A stretch of DNA of 64,000 nt from Eledone cirrhosa (lineage: Eukaryota): contig OZ024742.1 of NCBI GenBank assembly GCA_964016885.1, positions 194,928,001-194,992,000 of the forward strand. Direction: 5' to 3'. Below the pieces are notes generated by a model. It ran no database searches and was not told where the DNA came from. It saw only the letters and a program-made list of their open reading frames with translations. The translations under genes were made by a program, and so were the position numbers. Every line of letters starts with the position of its first letter. The first letter of the stretch is position 1. This document shows positions 56,455 through 64,000 of this stretch, piece by piece.

Positions 56455-56772
56455 ATCCGTAAGGATAAAGGCAAACTAGCCTCAGCGGGATTTGAACATA
56501 GAACGTAAAGGGACATAACGGCATGCAAAGCGTGTTGTCCGACACTCTACCGATAATAGTTTCTTATGTAGGCACAAGGCCAGCAATTTTGGGGGAGGGG
56601 AAAGTCGATTATATCGACCCCAGTGCGAGACTGGTACTTTATTTTATCGACCCATAAGGATCAAAGGCAAAGTTTACCTCAGCGGGATTTGAACTCAGAT
56701 CATAAAGGACCGTAACTCTATGCTACAAAGTATGGCGTCCGACACTCTACCGATAATGCCAATCCACTGCCC
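56455..56772 (-). mobile_element. Two adjacent SINE S2 copies
   Basis: Repeated aaggcaaa...gcgggatttgaac...gtccgacactctaccgata. Confidence 0.8.
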
Positions 56773-56865
56773 TTATCACTATAAATTGTAGTTCAGAAAA
56801 TCGGCAAAAATGCTCAATTTTCTCAACGATTATGGTTATTTGCGATGAGCCACACGCATTTAATA

Positions 56866-57695
56866 TCTATATATCTAAAACAAAGAATGTCTGCCTGTCT
56901 GTCTGTCTCCATAAAACTCGAAAACCACCCAATACATGTAATACTTATGGTCGTGTGAGTGTTTTGGGCAAAACATATTTCAAATTTTCAATGCCCTAGG
57001 GACCGCATTAGGCGAAAAACCGCATATTTTAGGGTTTAAAGGCCTTTTTTAGGCATAACAGAACAATAATCCAGGCGATTTCTTCAAAATTTGCATTACT
57101 TATGCCGTTTAAAGTGTTTTGAGCAAAAAGGATTTTCTCATTTTCTTGCCCCAGGGACCGCATTAGGCGAAAAACCGATTTTGTTATGCATTTTGGATAT
57201 TTAAGGGCCTGTAACTCGAGAAGTACCAACCGATTTTTTTTTTAACTTTGCATATGCATTACTTATGTTTCACAAATTTTCTTGGCTGAAAAAGATTTCA
57301 AATTTTTGCCCGGAGACCGCATTGTTTAGCATTTTGGTTGCGTTAGGGACTGTAACCGTAAAAGTATCCAACTAAATTCCTTAATGCTCTCCACCACTGC
57401 AGTCCCACATGCTTACTGCTCTGTAACTATTGCTTTCATTGTACCATAGAACAACAAGTACATGTTTGGTTTGTCAAATGCCTTTTTACTTAACCCTATC
57501 GTCTTGGCTTTCGTGGGTTGAACATTTTATTCTGAGGCACCAATCGTCTACGACGATTTTTTTTATTAGCACAAAATGTGTAGACACCATCCCCAGGCCG
57601 AGGTATTCCGTACTTCTCTGTACTGTTTCAGAAAGGGGGGATAAACATACCAATCTATGTTTAGAATCCCGAGCAGCGCCGGGCCATTCTGTTAG
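56866..57695 (+). mobile_element. Non-autonomous Helitron
   Basis: A|TC start, (CTGT)n near the 5' end, 3' hairpin cccg(agcagcgc)cggg, then TTAG|T. Confidence 0.75.
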
Positions 57696-57701
57696 TAATT
57701 A

Positions 57702-58556
57702 TCTATATATCTAAAACAGAGAATGTCTGTCTGTCTGTCTGTCTGTCTGACTCCTTAAAACTCGAGAACCACCTAACCGATTTTTTCCAAACTTTACACA
57801 TTTAATACTTATGGTCATGTGAGTGTTTTGAGCAAAAGATGTTTCAAATTTCCAATGCCCTAGAGACCGCATTAGGTCCCGGTTAGCGATCCCTCTATCT
57901 TTCTTATTCTGTCTTTTTAGATAGATACATAGCTATAACATCGCGCTCTTATAATATATGTCTGTATGTATGGCTGTCTGCATACGACATTATGACAAAT
58001 ATTGTTCTCATTACTGACGTATTATCTTCGCTATTTTCCGTTCATTGCCAGGGAACGTCTTCACGAACCAAAGTATCGTCTTTCTGTTTATGTTCGGTTG
58101 CAACGTTTTTCGAAATATTTACTTCTGCGTTCACAGATTGATTTTTTTAGTTTCAGAAGATCCCTTTATGGGTGAAAGCAGCGATTCTTTGCTTAAACTT
58201 TAATCTGTTATTTTAATATACATATAATTATATGTTCATGTACAGATATTTTTGCATACACAAAAACAAAATATAAACAAACGTATTTATTTCACGAAAG
58301 CATAGACAGCTTCTCGTCATTGTTACTGCCGATATGCCACCCAAAAAGTCCCACTATTTTTGGCACAAGGCCAGCAATTACATAGTCAATGGTTTGGAAA
58401 TGACATGCTTCACTGACGAGTATACTCCTTACTCCGCCAGTTAATTTTAGTGTACTTCGTCCTGCTTATAGGTCATGCCTGTACTGTTTCAGAAAGGAGA
58501 GATGAACATGCCAATCTATGTTTAGAATCCCGAGCAACGTCGGGCCATTCCGCTAG
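57702..58556 (+). mobile_element. Non-autonomous Helitron containing a PLE family A terminus with HHR-like motif (58149-58199)
   Basis: Same 5' end as 56866; 3' cccga(gcaacg)tcggg...CTAG|T; 58015-58218 matches the family A 3' end. Confidence 0.8.
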
Positions 58557-58732
58557 TATAATAAAATGTTAGTCTGCTTGAAGCATTGTATATAATATAT
58601 AATGTGGAAAGTGATGTAAGGCTAAAAAATGCATACAAAAAAAACAAAACAAAGATTACCAAGTAACTTACTTTTTCGTTTCCTTCATCTTACCGTCCAT
58701 TTTGCCTTTTCTAGCCTTATATACCTTTCCAC

Positions 58733-58788
<56 letters not shown>

Positions 58789-58856
58789 TCACCTTAGCAG
58801 ATCCGCTAAAGTGAAACAATTGTTATCGGTATGGTGAACTAACTGTTGTGTAACCA

Positions 58857-58924
<68 letters not shown>

Positions 58925-59259
58925 GGCAGTGTAACGTACACACCGACATGTATATGATAAGCCAAAACACCACACGCCCGACTCAGCCATCGCTCCCCAC
59001 CACCACCACCTCGTCACTATGCTCATCGCTCTACCTATCACACGTCAAAATACTCCTCTAGGTTAAACCACCAATCAAAACAACATAAATTTCCCTGTAT
59101 ATGAAGGCGAAACGCACGTCACCAAACAATAAATTTAATGGAGGCTTAACAAATCGTCCTTGTATTATTATATATATGTATGTGTCTGAGTTCAAATTCC
59201 CCTCCCCCAAATTGCTGGCCTTGTGCCTATATAAGAAACCATTATTATATATATATATA

Positions 59260-59440
59260 GGGCGGTGGATTGGCAGTATCGGTAGAGAGTCGGACACCAT
59301 GCTTTGAAGCATAGAGTTACGGCCCTTTATGATCTGAGTTCAAATCCCGCCGAGGTTAACTTTGCCTTTCATCTTTACGGGGTCGATAAAATAAAGTACC
59401 AGTACTTTAATTGCTCGCTTTGTGCCTAAAATAGAAACAA
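59260..59440 (+). mobile_element. SINE family S2
   Basis: Close match to 51231-51420. Confidence 0.85.
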
Positions 59441-59465
59441 TTACTATATATATATATATATATAC

Positions 59466-59501
<36 letters not shown>

Positions 59502-59562
59502 GCTATCTGAATTTACATTAAGAAGAGAATGAGAATGCCATATACGTGGGAAATAAACATAC

Positions 59563-59722
59563 TTTAAGTATTATGGATTTTAACTGAGGTTCCTTGTTCA
59601 AAAACGTTTGAAATTCTCTGTTTATTGACGTAGAAATATTGGTTTGCTTTGGTTTCACGACAAAATGGATTTCCTCGCGTTCTGTCATATCCGTGTATGG
59701 TAGAATATCAATATTATCATAG
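59563..59722 (-). CDS. Host gene exon (extracellular side of a putative single-pass membrane protein)
   Basis: Acceptor ttccatttctctttctag, donor aaa|gtatgt; 160 nt, open: (c)YDNIDILPYTDMTEREEIHFVVKPKQTNISTSINREFQTFLNKEPQLKSIILK; ends in phase 0, matching the next exon. Confidence 0.7.
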
Positions 59723-60229
59723 CTAGAAAGAGAAATGGAAATAGTTTAGATTCAGATCATGTCTTTCATATATTTGTACTTTTTCTTTAGTAACAATTTG
59801 TTTTTCTAATAAAGGATAAGTGTCATTCGTCAGAACGAACCAAGGAAACTTATTTCTATTATTATTTCTATTGATGATAATAACTGTCGGTCACAACTCC
59901 TGTCAAAATGAGGTGGAATGTGAACTCAGAATGGTCAGAGCTTTATCAAATAATTCAAAGCATTCAATCTGATTCTTTAACAACACCAACAACAGCAAAA
60001 CCATCAGCCTCATGGCTGATATTATATTTCTCGACTTCCAAAGGATGAAAATCAAAGGTGACTCTCATGGTCCTTGAACTCAGAGTACAGAGATCCAAAA
60101 CAAATATCGAGACATTTAACCCGACGTTCTAACAAATTTGTCACTTCAATTCCTCAAACATGATTGTTTTATTTCCTTGTTGTTGTAAACAGTTGCCGAC
60201 GAAATAGTAATCATGGTTATCCAGTATAA

Positions 60230-60262
60230 TCTATCTATCTATATATTGCTAAAAGTCTGTGA

Positions 60263-60298
<36 letters not shown>

Positions 60299-60612
60299 CT
60301 GTAATGTAATACAGCCAAAAGGGAAAATAATAGGAAATTACTTTGAAAGAAAGTTGCCCCTGAAATGGGAATACAAATGGAATAAAACAATTTTCGCGTA
60401 AATCGGACCACGGGTTCCCGAGATATGGGGTTTTCCGGGTACCTTCATAAATAGAGAGAGAGAAGGATATATTGAAAGATATAGTGGTTGTGAGAGAGTA
60501 TATTGAGAGAGAAACATAGAGAGGGAGAGAGAGAAGGAGACAGAGAAGGAGAATGGAAGAGAGAGAGAGAGCTGGTGTTGTGTGTTTATGTATATATATA
60601 TATATGTGTGTG

Positions 60613-60676
<64 letters not shown>

Positions 60677-60706
60677 TATGACCAGCGTATATAGATCACA
60701 GACACC

Positions 60707-60773
<67 letters not shown>

Positions 60774-60958
60774 GTATACAAACACACACATTTATATATA
60801 TACATACACACACGTATATATATGGGTCTTCCAGTTTCATTTCACATTATATATATGTCTGTGTATATTTTAATTATTTAAAAATTATTTTTAAGTGTAC
60901 ATGATTTTTTAGAAATATTTTTAAGGGAACGTGACCTAACTGGTCACGGGTGATCTAG
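60230..60958 (+). mobile_element. Non-autonomous Helitron (second family)
   Basis: A|TCTAT start, (GCTT)n tract, 3' hairpin cgtgacc(taact)ggtcacg, then CTAG|T. Confidence 0.7.
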
Positions 60959-63099
60959 TTAAGGATATAACATATTCTACTGATGACAATGTCTTTGTCA
61001 GTTTCCTTCCTTTCATTACCTAGTAGAATATTGGGGCATCGTTATGACATGTACCAGTCTTCTCCATATGTGGTGGTTGTGTGTCAGATCTCGTGTCACC
61101 CGCAATGATTTGCCTGTCCATTCTTTTAAGTTGTCTTCTGTTCGCCTACCCTTCTCTATCTTTCTACAATGGCTTGTAGAATGGTCTATTTATGGCTATA
61201 GTATCTTGTTACTAGTCCATATCTCAGCATTCCTTTCTTCACTACTGGGGGGAAGAAGGAAATTATAATACATTGACCTCGGTATTTGACTGATACTTTA
61301 ATTTAATGACCTCGAAAAGATGAAAGTTAAAGGCAATGATAATTCCTGATTTCAGAATTTCAAACAAAATTAATACTATAACTACTAATAACAGTTTCTG
61401 ATTTAGGCACAAGGCCAACAATTTTGGGGGGAGGTGAAACTCTATTAAATCGACCCCAGTTCATTACTGGGACTCTATTTTATCGGACAACATATTTGCA
61501 GCATATTGTTACGTTTCTGTACGTTCTGGGTTAAAACCCCGCCAATATTAGCTTTGCATTTCATCCTTATGTGAATCAACTATTAGAAGGTGTCAAGAAA
61601 GAGTCGTTCATATCGCAGCTCTCCAACCACCAAACTGTGACCCAACTATACTTTCACCACTGCATTGAATACACAAAAGGAAATGGTACCAGCATAAATA
61701 TTGGCAAGGAAATAGAAAGAAACGAACAAATGTGTATAAATCAGAAATGTTCACATGTCTACACACATATTCTTGAAACTTCGGCTAAATATTAAGATAT
61801 GTTTGCGCATATACGTATTTTATACATACATGTAGTTTGAATAAACTTCAAAGGCGAATTCCATGAGCAAAAACACCTGAAAATAACTCATTAAACAAAG
61901 TACAGTTGAAAGATCAGAGAGGTAAAATTTGTAGGTAAATTTATTTCTACTTACTTTGCGTTGCACTGTAAATTAGTGGCTGTCTCACAGAATTTCGTAT
62001 AGAGATGGGTAAGTTTTCTAGGCAGCTGACGGAATATATTTTTTACCTATTAACATACATGTTAAACTGACCAATTAAGAAACGAAACAATACCGAAATG
62101 TATTCTTCCACAACATAAACGAATAATTATACTTTTTCGGGGAAGAATCTTTACACATTTCAAGCGTTTGGTTAAATGCCAACTCAAGCAAAGATGTTTC
62201 TTAAACGAAAACGAAACCCTAAGAGAGGTTTCTGTATTCATTTGTATTTTCAGGAATTTTGGGAGAACAGACATAGGGAACTTTCTTTGCGCAGAGTAAA
62301 ACTTCAGCCAATATCCACTTTATTTTGCTCTTACAAACTCTATTGGAACGTATGTAGAATATTCAATCTGCGTGTTATCAAATTCTTCGGATATTCGCCT
62401 CTCTTATCTCTATATAAACTGTATTCTATTAAATGATTGCTTCTTCTATATTTCCTGCGTGTGATAAAGCACGAAACATTGAATAATAGAAGGTCTTTCT
62501 TATCTCCAAGTAAAAATACAGCATAATTTCTTTCTGTAAGGTAAATTCACACGTACACACACACACGAACACACACGAACACAAACGTATACACGCACAA
62601 ACGTACACACACACACAAACACACGCACACAAACACACACACATATTTTCCATATTAACAATAAGCCATTCTCGAGACATGATAAAAGAATGGTATGTTT
62701 TCAGCATAGAACATAAGTGTTTCGTTGAAATGTTCGACCCTCATTAAATTCACACAACGTTTATTCTAAAACGGGAAGTCATTATATAATATATCCATGA
62801 AGAAGCAAAGGTCACGCTTAATAAAACAATGTGACTATAAAATGTATGCTGGAATATTCTTAGACAGTTATTCTTAATCTTATATATTTTCTTAACTTGA
62901 AAATGTATCCGTCTACCATAATTTTCGGTCGTTATACTCATTGATGGCTTGCGTTGTAAATTCAGATTCGTGCTTTACCACAAAAGCAACATACACATAT
63001 TGCCAAGTCCATTAAGCCCTTTTGTACACCACCATCTCAATTCATCCCCAGTTTTGTGCTACAAACTGAATAGTTTAATGTGTTTATGTTTAACTAAAA

Positions 63100-63730
63100 A
63101 CATTCTGGTTTCTAATGTTGGCACAAAGCTAGAACTTTCTTGACTGGTTCTTCATTTTATCAACCTCGAAAGGATGAAGGACAAAACTGACCTCGATGTA
63201 TTAGGACTTAGAATTTTAAGAGCCGAAAAAATGCTTCAAATTTTTTCTTCAGACTATCTAATAATTCTGCCAATCTACTGACATACACAAGCTTAATAAT
63301 TATTTTGAGCATTAACTCAAAGCCAGCAATTTTGATGAAAGAGAACGTCGGTTATATCGATTATATCGATCCCTGTACATAATTACAGTATTTTAATTTA
63401 TCGATCTCCGAAAGCATTAAACGCAGTGTAGACTTCAGCCGGATTTGAACTCAGAATGCTATAAGCTAGAATAAATACCGTAAATCATTTTATCCGACGC
63501 TCAACTGATACTGCTAATCTACTGCCCTTCAAATGATTTCTTATTTAGTCACAATGCCAGCAAATTTAGGGGTACTGGTTGATTAAATCAACTCCAGTAC
63601 TTGACTGTTGCGTTATTTTATCAATTCCAGAAGTATGAAACAAGGTTAATCTAGGTAGGATTGGAACTCAGAATATAAAGAACCAGAATAAATACCGCAA
63701 AACATTTTATCCGAATCTCTATCAACTTTG
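63100..63730 (-). mobile_element. Three tandem degenerate SINE S2-like copies
   Basis: Recurring gccagcaa..ttttatc..gatttgaactcagaa..ttttatccga motifs at ~210-240-nt spacing. Confidence 0.6.
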
Positions 63731-64000
63731 CCGGTCGTTAATAAGGCGTACGTTAGTTAAATAATCAAATACAACCAAATTCTTGATTACATTCAAAACT
63801 ACTTGGAAATCATAGGCAGTGTCTTTTGTTATAAATGTCATAATAAAAGGGTTAAATATGATTGAATTCTTCTCCAGAAACCTACATTTTTACTTTATTA
63901 TTGGCATGGTATATCATTGTATCTTTCTGTTTTGTTTGGTTTTTTTTAAATGTACTTTTGAATTAATTGTATGTATGCATGTATGTATCTATGTATGTAT

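Overview
AT-rich, microsatellite-saturated eukaryotic DNA. The SINE types and (TA)n/(CA)n load suggest a cephalopod such as Octopus (inference). Most of the window is repeats. It holds many Penelope-like retroelement (PLE) insertions with GIY-YIG endonuclease ORFs, one nearly full-length with RT. Nearly all sit inside (TA)n tracts and are built as fold-backs: an inverted copy of the 3' end precedes a 5'-truncated body. Reading the PLE and fold-back termini by eye gives about 20 type-I hammerhead ribozyme (HHR) motifs from about 10 unrelated families. Many have non-canonical cores (UUGAAAA, UUGAUAA, CAGAAGA, CCGAAGA, CUGAGAA). Also present are a near full-length CR1-group LINE with a CCCH-finger ORF1, RTE and R4/Dong-like LINE fragments, mariner relics, three non-autonomous Helitrons and two SINE families. 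Three phase-compatible minus-strand exons of a host single-pass membrane protein gene were found; two are missing from the ORF track. All folds and alignments were done by eye and boundaries are approximate.
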